From NCBI RefSeq assembly GCF_009914755.1, contig NC_060926.1: a DNA stretch of 64,000 nt; one strand, 5' to 3'. This document shows positions 1-15,326 of this stretch, in pieces. Under the pieces are notes generated by a model. It searched no databases. It saw nothing but the letters and a program-made list of their open reading frames with translations, and was not told the origin of the DNA. Every line of letters starts with the position of its first letter. Positions within the stretch are counted from its first letter, which is position 1. A program made the translations under genes and the position numbers. This DNA is from the human T2T-CHM13v2.0 reference genome, Homo sapiens.

Positions 1-435
1 TACAGTGTTCTTGTCAAATGTGTAACGTGAATCTAATTATTCAAGAAATGAAAATTAAGAAATGTAGAAATCATCAGTCATTCTATCAGAAACCTAACGC
101 TGGATGCTTAAAAAATGTCAAGATCATGAAAGACAAAAAAAAAGTTTTTTTAAATAAATATAAAGTTAAATCATGGGAGCTATACCAATTTAAAGAAGAC
201 TGAAGAGACCTGAAATCCAAATAAAATATGTGATCCTTTACTAGAAATTCCGAAAATTCCACAAAGGATATTTCTGGAGGGACAATTGGAGAAAGTTAAG
301 TCAGATAATTATATCATTATAAACTTTCTTAAGTATGATACTGGTGTTGTAATTATGCTGCAGAATGTCCTTATTCTTAGGATATACATGCTAGGGTATT
401 TGGGGAGTGAAATATCATACCTTCAACTCACTTTC
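1..435 (+). mobile_element. L1M (L1MC/ME) 3' UTR relic followed by GA-rich low complexity (436-518)
   Basis: AGAATGTCCTTATTCTTAGGATATACATGCT...TTCAACTCACTTTC motif. Confidence 0.6.
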
Positions 436-663
436 AAGGAAGGAACGAATGGATGGAAGGAGGGAGGGAGAGAAGGGAAGGAGAGAGGAAAAGGAGGGTG
501 GAAGGAAAAAAAGAAAAAGATTGGCTCCTGAGTAACTGTGACTAAAAATGCTCCAAGGTAGATGATAAACTGGATCCAGTCTGATGATAAACTATTTCAA
601 GTCAGGGGTTGGAGTGAGGCTTCTTCCTGTACCTTCTGCACACCCCTGTTAAAGGAGGCTTAA

Positions 664-993
<330 letters not shown>

Positions 994-1149
994 AGGAGTC
1001 TTTAAATGCCATTATGAGGCCTGGCTCTGGTCTGGTGATCCATGGAGGCCACACTAAACCCCAGAGAGAGGAGAGTCCAATTAAAGAGAGGGAAATCAAA
1101 ACCCAAACAAAACCAAATCTCCTGCTCAAAATAAGTATGTGACCAAACT

Positions 1150-1680
1150 TTCAGAAAATCAGCAATCTGTATTAATTATTTTTAAATTTCTCTGAGGAAC
1201 TACTACATGTCAGGCTATGGGCTAGGTGGAAGTTGCAATCAAGTAGGTGAGGCAGACAATGTATAGATGTATATTTATATATTGTGGTAAGTGTTACTGA
1301 GAAAAAAGCAAAATGCGTGAGAGAGACTGAATATGAAGGACTTATTTTTATAGGGATCAAGGAAGTTCTCTCTCAAAACAGAACAAATAAGCTGAGACTT
1401 CAATCATGAGTAAGAATTTTCTAGGCAAAGAGTGGTGGAAAGAACTTTCCAGGAAGATGAACCAATACATATAAGGTCCTGAAGCAGGAAAAAGCTTAAT
1501 AAGTTCCAAAAAGTCAAAGGTCAATGTGGCTAGAGTAGAGGGAGACAAAGGGAGAGTGAAAGAGGGAGGCAGTGACCAAATGGTGCCAAGTCTCACAGGC
1601 CTAGAAAGAGTTATATTTAATCCCAAATGCAATGGAAAACCTTCGAAGATCTTGAAGCAGAAGAATAGCATTGGCCACTA
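1150..1680 (-). mobile_element. L2 relic
   Basis: GGAAGTTCTCTC..GCTGAGACTT..GGCTAGAGTAG..AAATGCAATGGAAAACC L2 signature. Confidence 0.65.
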
Positions 1681-1899
1681 TTTAGCACTTAGATTCTCTG
1701 CAATTATCTTACCAGTTTACTTGTTCTCCTCCCAACTAAAATATAAAATCTAAGACAGCAGAGATTTTGTCTCTCCTATTTACTGCTTCATTCTGGCATG
1801 CATATTATACATGCACAATAATATTTTTTAAATAATTTATTCTTTTGAAAAGATTGCATTGCAATTATGCAGAATATAGAAAAGTTGTTAAGGCGCTAA

Positions 1900-2380
1900 G
1901 GTGCCACAAACCACTCTTTGGCATGTATGTAGAGACATTTTTCCAAATATATAGAAGAGAGGTACACAAATGTTCACTGCAACATCAATTATGAAAATTA
2001 AAAACGTGAAGCCATTTGAATGTTGATCAAGAGAAAAATAAATTATGATCTTGTGGTTTGGTAGTGTATTATACAACAATTTAAATGAATAAATTAGAGC
2101 TACCTGTATCAACATGAACAAATGTCAAAAACATAATGTTAAGTGAAACAAACAAGCAGCAGTCTGATACAATCTATATAATACCACAATACTTAAAAAT
2201 AATACTAAATATCATTTATGGATTCAAATATGTAGCAAAAGTATAAAAGCATGTAAGGGAATAATAAACACTAAATTTATATTAGTGATTACCTGCGGAG
2301 AGGAAGGAAGGAAGTGGCATCAGGGAGAACCACAGAGGAGGCTTCAACTACAACAAGAAAGCTTACTTCTTTAGAAAAAC
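1900..2380 (+). mobile_element. L1ME 3' relic (host of the SDHD retrocopy; resumes ~4270)
   Basis: CAAAAACATAATGTTAAGTGAAA motif; continues as AAAATATTAAGATTTTATAAACCTAGATGG after the pseudogene. Confidence 0.6.
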
Positions 2381-2389
2381 AATTCGGGG

Positions 2390-2681
2390 GGCCAGGTGCA
2401 GTGGATCACGCCTGTAATCTCAGCACGTTGGGAGGCTGAGGCCGGCAGATCACGAAGTCAGGAGTTCGAGACCAGCCTGGCCAGCATGGTGAAACCTTGT
2501 CTCTACTAAAAATACAAAAAATTAGCCGGGCGTGGTGCCAGGTGCCTGTAGTTCCAGCTACTCAGGAGGCTGAGGCAGGAGAATTGCTTGAACCCAGGAG
2601 GTGGAGGTTGCAGTGAGCCAAGATCACGCCACTTCACTCCAGCCTGGGCGAGTGAGACTCCGTCTCAAAAAAAAGAAAGAA
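2390..2681 (+). mobile_element. AluS
   Basis: Full dimer; TSD AGAAAAACAATTC(G/A)GG at 2373-2388 and 2682-2697. Confidence 0.95.
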
Positions 2682-2692
2682 AGAAAAACAAT

Positions 2693-4267
2693 TCAGGAGC
2701 AAGATGGTGGTTCTCTGGAGGTTGAGTGTAATCTGTGGCACCCAAGGAAGCTGATCTCTGTTGCTTTGAACCCCACTGGTCAGACCTGCCATGTCTCAGC
2801 ACATCCCTAGGGCCAACCTACCCCAGGATGGTGTGGAGCACAGCATGTTCACCTGCCACCCAGCCGCCATTCTGTTTCCAAGGCTGCGTCTGTCCACTGG
2901 ACTGGTGACGGGGTTGTCAGTGTTTAGCTCCTGCTTCCAGCTGCTGCTTTGAATCCTTGCTCTGCGATGGACTACTCCCTGGCTACAGCCCTCACTCTCC
3001 TTAGTCACTAAGACTTTGAACAAGTTGTTTCAAACTATGTCTATGCAGACGCATCACGGAAAGCTGCCAAGGCAGGCCTTTTGGCACACTTGACTTTAAC
3101 TTGGCACGCTTGACTTTAACCTTTGCCGGGCTTTGTGATTTCAACTATCATGATGGGGGCATCTGGAAAGCTGTTGCCATGCTGTGGAAGCTCTGACCTT
3201 TTAGACTTAACAACTTAAAAAGTAATTCTTAACACCTTAAAAAGTACTTATCTTTGCCTCTGCTCTGCCATGCCATTCCACTAACAATAAAAAGGAAGTA
3301 ACAGATAAGTTCATTGTTGAGACAAAACTCTTTGGTGCAATCATAGCTCACTTTCATCACCCAAAGTCCTGGGCTCAAGCAATCCTCCTGCCTCAGCCTC
3401 CTAAGTAGCTAGGACTGCAGGTGCACACCACCATGCCCAGCTATTCTTTTTTACTTTTTGTAGACACAGGGTCTCACTACATTGCCCAGTCTGGTCTCAA
3501 ATTACTGGCCTCAAGCAACCCTCCCACTCTGGCCTCTTTAAACGCTGGGATCACAGGTGTGAGCCACTGCTCCCAGCCCAGAATTTAATCTTTGAGGAAA
3601 AGTTTGAGAGGATTTGTATTCAAGAAACTGTGCAACTGAGTCCCATTTTCTGGTGAGTTAATGAGATTTCTTTCCCAGAATCAGAGTATAACTAAACATT
3701 ATATATGAGCTTTTGCATCTTCATTTACCAATCTCTTAAACAGAATTCAGTTTAATTACTAAATATGTGATCAAACATCTCCTGTATTTTTCCTGATAAG
3801 GATAGACAAAGAGAAAGACTGTTAATTCATGCACAAAGACTTTGCAGAAAATTAGACAATATTTAATTTTTGAAAATTTCCCCCTCTGTTCAGTTGATAT
3901 CAGCTACTGATGGTTCCATGTCCTTGGGAAACATTAAAATTAGAAAAAGCTGATATCTCACACTACTAATTTCTAAATCCTAAGAAGAGGAGCTTGGAAA
4001 GCTGCTGAATATAGAGAAGTTCCGTTTAGGGAAGAAGTCTCCTTTGTAATTGTATGAAAATATCAAACATTCTAAATGAAAACTTAATCTCTCAAATATG
4101 TTTATTTTACTTGTCTTAAAACAATCTGCCTACAAGTATAAAAGTATAAAAAATTGTTATTTTCCCATTTGAAGTTTTCTAATATAAAAATATATTCTAT
4201 GAAATAAAATTTCTAAAAATAAAATGCTATATAATAAAACATATTCGACTCTTTTATGTAAAAAAAG
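2693..4267 (+). pseudogene. SDHDP5: Processed SDHD (succinate dehydrogenase subunit D) pseudogene with 3' UTR; symbol number tentative
   Basis: ATG 2704 (ATGGTGGTTCTCTGGAGG) to TGA 3194-3196 (GCCATGCTGTGGAAGCTCTGA) aligns to intronless SDHD CDS; SDHD-like 3' UTR to AATAAA ~4233 and A-tail ~4260-4267; indels, stops, a 20-bp duplication and an Alu interruption. Locus number is from memory. Confidence 0.93.
3334..3578 (-). mobile_element. AluJ, 3' end deleted, inside the SDHD pseudogene 3' UTR
   Basis: GGTGCAATCATAGCTCAC...CCTGGGCTCAAGCAATCCTCC AluJ diagnostics. Confidence 0.9.
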
Positions 4268-5194
4268 CCCAATGTAGTAAAATATTAAGATTTTATAAAC
4301 CTAGATGGCTTATTCTTATCTAAAATTAAGAACTTTGTGGAGGATGACACAGAATTGAAATAGACCAGTTGGGAAATTTTGGTGGTCCAGGTAAGGTATG
4401 AGGATAGTCTGGGTTTAAGAAAAAGGCAATGAGGGTAAAGAGAAGTAGACAAATATGTTGGAAGTTGAGTCTGTAGTACTTCCTGATGAATTGGTTGGGA
4501 GGGGAGAATAGACAAAAGACAATGAGCCTCAGATTTTAACTTGAGAAACCGTGGACGGAAGTATCATTTACTGGAATGGGGGAGATTGAGATAAAGGTGA
4601 AAGTCTACATATGAAGAGAGTAGAAGGTTGATAAATCAATTTATTAAACAAGGTGAAGTGCATCTTTGACCAAAATCAGTGGTTGTTCCCCCTGACTGCA
4701 TCTGAAAATTAACTTGAGAAAGTCATCACATATGGAATCAATCATTACTAGGCATTGGTATTTTTTTAAATGCTCCTCTGTTATCCTCATATGAGAACCA
4801 CTGTCCTAAATGATAAAGACTTTAGTCATTAGTGAGAGCAATAAAACCTATTGATGGGAAATGCCTTAAAATGGGGAGGAACAAGAAGAGTGGTATGTAT
4901 TCTGATGGTTGCATATCAATGGTGTTGGCCATGATGGAATGGACTGAAAATCCACTCTGCAGTAGGAACAGCCTGTTTGCCCTTACCTTTGTGATAATCT
5001 GCATCTCTGGAGAAGGGTCTCTTACCGACCAAAACTCAACTCTGAGTCTGAGTAGACCAACCACCAAGGCTATGGAGTAGGTTGCTACCCCATTGCTAAA
5101 GCATCCAAAGTCACATGAGAACAATAGACACTGGGATGCTTTAGCATGACAAGGAGTCACAAAAATGGTCTAAACTCTCCCCACCATCTCCTCA

Positions 5195-5557
<363 letters not shown>

Positions 5558-5632
5558 TTAATACATGTGGTAAGTATTAATCTTTTAATTTAAAATAAAA
5601 GCTAGGAAGAAAGATTTTTTCTATTAAGTCTT

Positions 5633-6022
<390 letters not shown>

Positions 6023-6349
6023 TAATGCATCTTAGGACATGCTTTGTCTGTGTCTTCATTACACTACTTATAAGATAATTCTCACAAATTAACTCAAAAC
6101 TTGATAAAATCAAATTAATCTAATGGGAGATCAGAATCGCTGATACAATTATGTACTTTCTTAATATATACATAAATCTGTAGATTAATCTTCCAATTAA
6201 AAACAATCAAGAAAGCTGAGTCCCAAATTGAGGCATAAATGAATTATAGTAGATGAAGAAAATTAGGAAAATAATTAGATAAAGGAACATGTTACTCTGA
6301 TATTATAGAAGGAACAAAAGTTTAATAATAGATGAAATTAAAAAATAGA

Positions 6350-7190
6350 TTTAACTAGCCAAGTAATCACCACAAATGAGTATAATAGTAGAGGAAACAC
6401 ATAGCATTACGGAACACAACAGCAGGGTGCCACAACTAGTCTAAGGTCAGACAATATCTCCCAAAGAAAGTGAAGTGTTTAAGGTGATACCCACAGGATC
6501 AATAGGAATTATCCAGAAAAAAAGGAGAGAAGCATTAGGGAGAGGTGGAGGAGAGTGTCCCAGAAAGAGGGAATAGTATCTCTAAAGTCCAGAGGCAATA
6601 AACGCTGGTTAATTTGAGGAATAGAAAGAAGTTGAAGATGGCTCTTGTGGGAAGTGTCAGACATGGGGTAGGAAAGACAGCTGGAGGCTGATGAGAGGGT
6701 GTCTAGTAACTAGGTGTAGAATTGTAAATTTATCATAGAGGAAGCGAGGGGTCACTAGAGAGTTTTAAGAAGGTGAGTGGGAGTGATATGACTGAGTCTT
6801 CATTTTAGAAAGACTGCTGTGGCTACATGTAAAGAATGGATTGGAAGCAAGAGGTCCAGGTGAGAGATGAACCATCTCTGGGCTGGGATGGTGGTTAGTG
6901 GTAGTAGGAGTGGTGGAAAATGGACTGAGTTGAGAGATATTTAGGAGGTAGAATGAATAGAACTGATTCTATGCTGATTAATTTGGAAGGCTGTGAAAGT
7001 TAGAGAAGTGAAAATGACTCCATATTTCTGGTGCAGATGTCTGGGAGGGTAGTGGGATGATTCACTGAGTGAGGAACGCAGTAAGGAACAGATTCTGGGG
7101 AATATGAGTTTCGTTGTGGACATTTCAAGGTTTAGTTGCCTGTGGGTCATCCACATGGTACAGATGCTCAAAAAGAAGTTTGATAGATTT
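6350..7190 (-). mobile_element. L2 relic
   Basis: GAGTTTCGTTGTGGACATTTCAAGGTTTAGTTGCCTGTGGGTCATCCA and GAGATATTTAGGAGGTAGAAT motifs. Confidence 0.8.
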
Positions 7191-8689
7191 AGATATAGAT
7201 ACAGACATAGACGATTTTTTTTTTAATTTCAGGAAAAGGACTTGAAATGGAAAGTAAAAATTGTCTAGGTAAGGATGGGAATTTTGCCTAACAGCTTTTA
7301 AGCCCAGGATCTTCAGAAGGTCATCACAATCACCAGCAGAGCTTCACAGAAGGCCAGGTAAGGAGGAAACAGGACTAGTAAGAAGGCAAAAAATGTGCTT
7401 GTTTCTGAAAATGGAAACTTGAATAGGAAACTAACAAATGCCTCAAGGATTATAATGAAATATCATATGGAGAATGGTGCCCAATTTTTACTCATCTCCC
7501 TTGGGACAAAAGAACAAGAAATGATCTACAACAGGAGAGATTTCTAATAAATTAAGGTAAAGTAAAGTTGTTAAAATCTGGAATGAGCTGTTATAATTGT
7601 GGTAGACTCTTACCGCTTTGAGTATTTTTATGTCATAATATTTTTTCTATCTCAGATATTTTAAGTACAACTGCTCTTGAGAAGTGCAGAAATCTTTTCC
7701 ATGCCTTTTATGCAGATCTGTCTTTTGTATATAACACGCAGCCATGATTTTTAACCTTTAAAAAGACAAAGTCACAAGGCCAAAAGCAATTTTTACTTCT
7801 CAGTGAAGGAACTGACCTGTGCCTCCTTCATAGAGAACAGTAATTGGATACATTTCTGACCCAGGATCTTGCACTTGCAAACCCATCTGCAAGTTTCTGA
7901 GTTGAATGTGGTGCCATGAAGCACACCCAGAAAAAGGATTCCCACCTTCAAGATCCACAAAGGCTGTAAAAAGCAACCTCTGAACTCAGCTTTCATGTCT
8001 TTGAGAAAGAATTATATTTAATATGCTCAAGAATCCCAGCCAGCCCCAAAAAAACACACTTTAGAGGTACGAAAGAAGCCTCGAAGCAAAACAAATCCAT
8101 CTTCTCTTTCTACTTTCTCAGAGAAATCACTGGAGGCTCCCTAAGGCAAGATTCAGAGTTGAGAATCTTATCCAGGTCCCACATTCATGGCAAAGATGGG
8201 TTGCCTAAGATCTCTTTTATTCCCTCTGTATTTAAGGACTCTATCCCCAATACTTTATAGTAAAATTTTCCAGTACTCATGATTAAGCCAAGAACTAATC
8301 TTGACCAATGTTTAATCTACAAGGGTGATTTTTAAAAACCAGAATCTTGAATCTACCTTAGGTCCTTCATAGCCAAAATGCTCAAACTGTTCAAGTCTAA
8401 GAGTGTCCACATGATGTAATTATGTTTCCTGAACATACTTATGAGGAAATATGTAATGACAAAAGCCCCTATTAATTCCATAACACTTTCAAATGACCTT
8501 GTCTTTGAGTTACAAAATATAGCTCAAAAATTATAAAGTTATAATTGTAAATTGTGGAGAAGATTACAGAGAAAAATTATAAAGAAATTAGAGAGAAAAG
8601 GTGAAATAAGATATGCATGTATATAAGGTATTCTTCGGCCTACAGACACTTAGACATACATAGGAATAGAACAGAGCTTGGCAGTCCTT

Positions 8690-8836
8690 GTTAATACTGG
8701 AATCACCTGGGACCTTTAGGAAAGTACTGATGTTTTAGCCCCACCCCAACTAATTAAATCACAATTGGTAGGGGGAGGGGCCCTGGAGGGGATCTGACTT
8801 CTGGCTGTTTGTCAGGGTAGGGTTAAGAACCACTGA
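8690..8836 (+). mobile_element. MER5-family hAT-Charlie relic
   Basis: GAATCACCTGGG...GCCCCACCCC...GGGTTAAGAACCACTG. Confidence 0.65.
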
Positions 8837-8870
8837 ATTAGAGGGTCACTTAATAAATCCAAGGCCTCAT

Positions 8871-9199
<329 letters not shown>

Positions 9200-11111
9200 T
9201 TATAAACCATGCTTTAGAGATTTAGCTTTTGTTTTATTTTGTCTTTTCCATACACTTTCCCTGAAGGCTTCATGAACTAGGCCTGCATACCTTTTTCAAC
9301 ATCATATTAGCCCATTGCCCCACCAAAAGATTCAGAGAAAAAGTTCAGTCTCATATTTCATCTACATCCTGTTTCAAATGCCTTATGGAGTTGTAATGTA
9401 GAGAAGTTAATGGAAATAAAAAAACATAAAATGAATAATCCATTGAAACACAAACCAATAGATTGCCAAACTTTCTGAAGCTCAAAAAATTGCTTTTATT
9501 GCTATATCATTTAGTAATACTCATTTAATTCCAATTCATAAAATCATCTCCTTACACTTATGACTTATCAGTAGACATCACTTATTTTCCAGAAAATGCT
9601 TGGAAGGCAAAGCTTTCGAAAATTGATTAGTCTTTAATGACTTGAAATCTATTATTCTTACTTTCTTCATAGAAAGAAGAACTAATTGTTCTGAATTGAT
9701 GGAAGACTTGAGATTACACTGCATAAAAACAAAGACACAGCATGTGGCAACTACATAGCTCATTCTTTAGGCCTCCTAATTTGATATTTGCTGAGAAAAA
9801 GTGAAAAATTATCATTGTTGTTCTTAATATGTATTTGCAGAATTTCATTGCTGTACAGTAAACAAAAAAGAATCTCCAAATTCTTTCCTAAAGAGTTCTA
9901 AATAGTACAAAAGATTACCAAAAATTGTTTCTGAAGCTTCACTCTTTTATGGACCTGAAGTGGTGTAGTTGGAAGTGGAGTATTTTGTACATTCACATAG
10001 GTAAGCTCTACTTGCTAAATGTTTAAAGGGCATACCTTTATTTAAGTCTTTCAAATAGAATTGGTGGTTGATAGACACCATCAAATAATTTGATATGAAG
10101 TTTCAAAACAGTTATTGTGATTACCATGTTGTTTGGGGCATTATCCCTTTTTTTAGTCACGTTGCTAAAGTAAACTTTGTTTGCTGATCTTATTTCCCTC
10201 TGTTCTTCCTTTCTTAGTTGGCACTTTTCTTTGGTCCTGTCTTATCATCATGATTATTATTATTTCTCTTTATTACAATAAATACAAATACAAATCTCAA
10301 GGCAAAATACACAGGAAAATGAAGACCCACACCACACTTGAAACCAAAGCGCAACTGACGTAGTAAAAAAGAAAATGATGAATTCTTAAACTGCTTTAAT
10401 AGACAGCCCAGATATCTATTACCGTAAGTCTGCAAATATATTGTACCTAGAGTTAAAATGCAACCTCATGCTCTATAAGCTTTATTGCATATAAGGAAAA
10501 TGTCTAAGAAAAGGCCAGTACCTGAAGAAAGAGCTATGGGAAGGGTCAGCTAACCAGAAGGCACCTTTTTTTCTGACACAGTGAGACCATCTAAGAACTG
10601 CAATGAATCAGGGAAATGAGGCTCTAAGGTAAAACCAGGAAGGCCAGGCAGTCTGCAAATAAGGGGAAGGGAACTATCAGCATGAAGCTGTGATTCAGAC
10701 ACCAGACAAACAGTCAGAAAGTAGAGAATACAGGGCAAGCCAAGGTCAAGACAGTGATGCATGAAAAGCCAGGTCCAGGTCAGAAGAACAGATCTAACAG
10801 TGAGACATTGGAGACTTGGTCTCACCCATTCATCAGAACCTAACACAGACTACCTCCAACAGAGAGCTTTGGAATTCTTCCCACTGAAGACAACTGAGAC
10901 AACCCGAAAAGTGGCCCAAAAATGTAACTGATATGTAGGCAGCTATCTCAATCACATGCTGATCCTTCCCACATTTATGGCAAATACCATAATTTATAGA
11001 GTCATAGTGATATGTTATATTTTAATTACATAATTTGTTTAGGTTTTATTGTTAATATGCAAAGGTTACAATTCCTCTTTGACAAAAGTTTAATGTTAAA
11101 AAGTAATTTTT

Positions 11112-11439
<328 letters not shown>

Positions 11440-14400
11440 TTAAAGTTTTTTAGGTTTTGAAATGTTTTAAAAACACATTTTTAAATAAAATGTCTATAGA
11501 AATAAGTGTATTTAGTTAATCAAAAGAGTATTATTTCAAATCAGTCAGAAAATTATGGATTATTCAACTAGTTACATATTTGGGAAAAATAAGTTAGACC
11601 CCTATCTCACATCAGACATCAAAATTAATTTCAAGCAGAATAAAGACTTAAATGTACTCATCTCTTAATAAATTGCAAAAGTAAAACAAAAAATTTACTC
11701 AAACCCTGCCAAGACATATTTCCTATTTTAACATGAAATACTATAGTATTAATCATTTAAGATGCCAATATCTAGCTTTATTGAAACGACCAGTGAAATG
11801 TCTACTTTTATACATTGCTAATGAGAATATAAATTAGTGCAATAAATATGGAGGGCAATTTGGCAAGAAGTAACAAAAGTCTTTTAAAAATTTTTATGCT
11901 CTTTAATAATTTCATTTCTAGGAATTTATGATAAGGAAAAATTGAAAAATATCTACATATTCAAGAGGAAATGGATTATATTATGATATAGACACAATAC
12001 CACTAAAAAAAGCATTAGAATTTATTTTACATGTTATAAGTGGTTTTATTATGACATGAGAAAGTTACATGAAGAAAAGTGGTTTAGAATTCAGTAAAAT
12101 TAGCATAATTTCCTAAGGGTGATGAAATTACCATCTAAGACAGCACAATAGTTTCAAAAGTGCCCTCCAAAAACATAGAAGTCATTATGCTACTGAATTG
12201 TCAGTAAAATAGATAGGCAACATACACCAGCCGTCAAGCTGGAGGTGGGTCGATATTCATAAATAATTTATCTCTATGAAAAACCATAGCATCCTATACT
12301 TTCAGCAAGATATAAGCGAGTCCAAGCTAGCAATCCAAATGGCCCCGGCTGTTTTTTTAAAGCCACTATCACCCTAGCTAAAAAATCTCTTATCATAAAA
12401 GGTCCAATTGACCTGCTACCCAGAATGCCAAAGGAACTTGGTGGTATTGCCTGAAAATCACAAAGAACAAAGAACAGAAGACTGTCAAGATACTATAATT
12501 GGGCAATGTTCTGATATGTGAAATGGATGGATTTTTCAACTCTCTCAGATTCTGACCTTCTCCACATTTAATGTGAAATATCACAACCTCTTATGTGGCA
12601 TAGCATATATAATATTGGAAAACATCCTGATTTTCCAAAAGAATGAATACTATCAACTAAAAAAAACAAACTATTAAACCAGTAAATATAAGTTTGTAAA
12701 AGATTGCTGTGAACAAGTCCTCCAGCCACAGCAGTGTGTTCCACCACTGAAAGCCCAGGTTAGAAAAAATCAGGCATCTTCTACTGGGAAAAGGACTTGG
12801 AAGCAGCTTAACACTACTTCCCACCAACCTTCCAGGTGGATCCCTGGAGCTGGTTGGTTCCATACACATTCCCTTCCCCACTATAAGTCCCTGCATCCCT
12901 GAAGCCTTCCTTCTCCATTCCCAGGCCAGGCTCTTTATTTCCTTGGTGTTCACCCTCGCTTCAGCTACAAATAAGCAAAGTGCCGAGAGTACCTGGACTC
13001 CTTGCAGAAGTTATATAGTCACATGTTCCATCAAAAAAAAAAAAAAAAAAATGGGGACATGAATCTCTTGCCCTATAATATGAGAGTAGGCGTGACATAC
13101 CAAACTGAAGGTGTCAACCTGTGGGGGGAAGTCATTCAGAGGATGGATCCCATCAGCAGGAATCATTTGTAAATAATCTGGATAAATACAAGCGTGCCTT
13201 TTCCTTAAATAAAGCACCAAAGTGCTTTCACATAAATGTTTGTGAGTAGGAGCCCTCTAGCCAGACACACTGGAGAAATGAGTCGGCATGTTTATTGGCA
13301 CTCTCATCTAAGCTATTCCACCTTGGATAGAGTTGATTAGCTCCTCTTAGAACTGTTCTCTTGTCTGCTGCCTTGTAACATGTCATTTTCTTAGCCAGCT
13401 AGCAAAATGCTGCAGTGTTTGTTTTATGAACTAATTCAAGCACCTGGAATAGCCAGCTAATTAGACCATTCATATTTTTCAGGTTTGGGTTTTGCTGGGC
13501 TAGAAAGATCTGATATATCGGCTAGCATTTACTCTCATGCAAATAACAGGGCCAGGAACCATTCTATAAATCTCAATTCATTTCTGAGGTGTTCCAGTAA
13601 AATGAGCAATCAATTTAACCGACTAGAATTCTTCACTTTAGGATCTGCATAGTACGGAACAACAGAAGCAGTAGAAATTGCAACAAGCCCTAGGCTACCA
13701 AAGTCTATAAGACTCCTAGATACTCCTTCAGATGGCATTTCAAAAACAAATTGAAAAATTTCATAGCTTCCAAGTCCCTCTGCCTTACTTAAGAAAGGTT
13801 ATCTTATAGGCATCATTGGATATTGTCTTCCCCACCATAAGCCACCCATCAGCATGCTCACGTACATCTGATACATCTAGCTACACTGCACCCAACAACA
13901 AGAGATTTCATATAATTAGTTCCATGATTGACATGAAAAGTTTATGAAAATTCACCAAAAGCTAAGTCATCAGGTTAGCCAGTTTGAAATCACCATGTCA
14001 AATAACTGATATCACACAGAAAATATAATTTAACTCCAATGCACTTTAGTTAGGAACAATAATAAAAAGATAACTAGTGAAATCAAATATTTAAACATTT
14101 AGAATACATTTCTGAATTACCCATCAATCAAAAAATTAAAATAGAAGTTATAAAATACTTAGAAAATACTAAGAAAAATAATGTCTAAATATAAAAATAC
14201 CAGGATGATTACACATCATATATCAAAACCGTGGTCCACAGTTAAAGAGTTCTTAAAGGTTCTGTTGTAAATGCTTACCTCAGGAAAAAAAAAATGTTCA
14301 ACTTAATAATCATCCAACCATAAGGAGTTAGGGGAAAAGAACAGCAAAATAAATTCAAGAAAATGGAAAAAATAATACAAATAAGAGCAAAAGTTAATGA

Positions 14401-14459
14401 AAATGGCAGGAAATATATATTGAAGACAATTGAAGACAATTCAATATATATTGAAGACA

Positions 14460-14831
14460 ATTGGTTTAAATGTTTTTCCCCCTCAAAACTCGTGTTAAAA
14501 TTTAATTGCCATTGTGATGATATTAGGAAGTGGGACCTTTAAGAAGTGTTTAGGTCATGAGGGCTCTGCCCTCATGAATACACTCATACCATTATCACTT
14601 GAGTGGGTTCATTATTGCAGAAGTGGGTCTGCCTCTCCCCAGCACTCTTTGCCCTTTCACCATATGATGCCTTCCACCATGTTATGCCACAGCAAGAAGG
14701 CCCTCACCAGATGCAGACACCTTGATTTTGGACTCCCTGGCTTTCAGAACTGTGCACTAATAAATTTCTGTTTGTTATAAATTACCGAGTCTATGGTATT
14801 CTGTTATAGCAGCACAAAACTGACTAAGACA
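14460..14831 (+). mobile_element. MST-family MaLR solo LTR
   Basis: TGGTTTAAATGT...GGTCATGAGGGCTCTGCCCTCATGAAT...AATAAATTTCTG...GACTAAGACA. Confidence 0.85.
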
Positions 14832-15326
14832 AAAATTAACAAAGTTCAAAAAAAGAATAACATATGAAAATCTCTAGAGAGAATAATCAGGAGAGAAAAA
14901 AAAGAGAGAGGCCTTATATTTTAAAAAATCAGGAATAAAATGGGGCTAAAACTACAGTTGCTACAAAGATTAAACAAATATAATGGTGTTATGAACAACT
15001 TTGTGCCAATAAATTTGAAAAGTTAGATGAAATAAATAGATAAAAACTTATCCAAAAAATCTTTCAAAAAACTAGAGAACATAAAGAGTCCTATAAGCTT
15101 TAAATAAATTGAATCAGTACTTTAAAATATTCCCGTTAAACATACACACACATCCTCAGATCCAGATAGATTTCTAGGAAATTATACCAAACATCATGGC
15201 ATTGGGCAATTCTAATTTATTACAAACTATTCCAACTAATGGAAAAAGAAAGACCATTCTCCCAGTTCATTTGTGATATAACTTTGCTTTCAAAATCAGA
15301 CAAGAGTATTCTAAGAAAAAAAAAAA

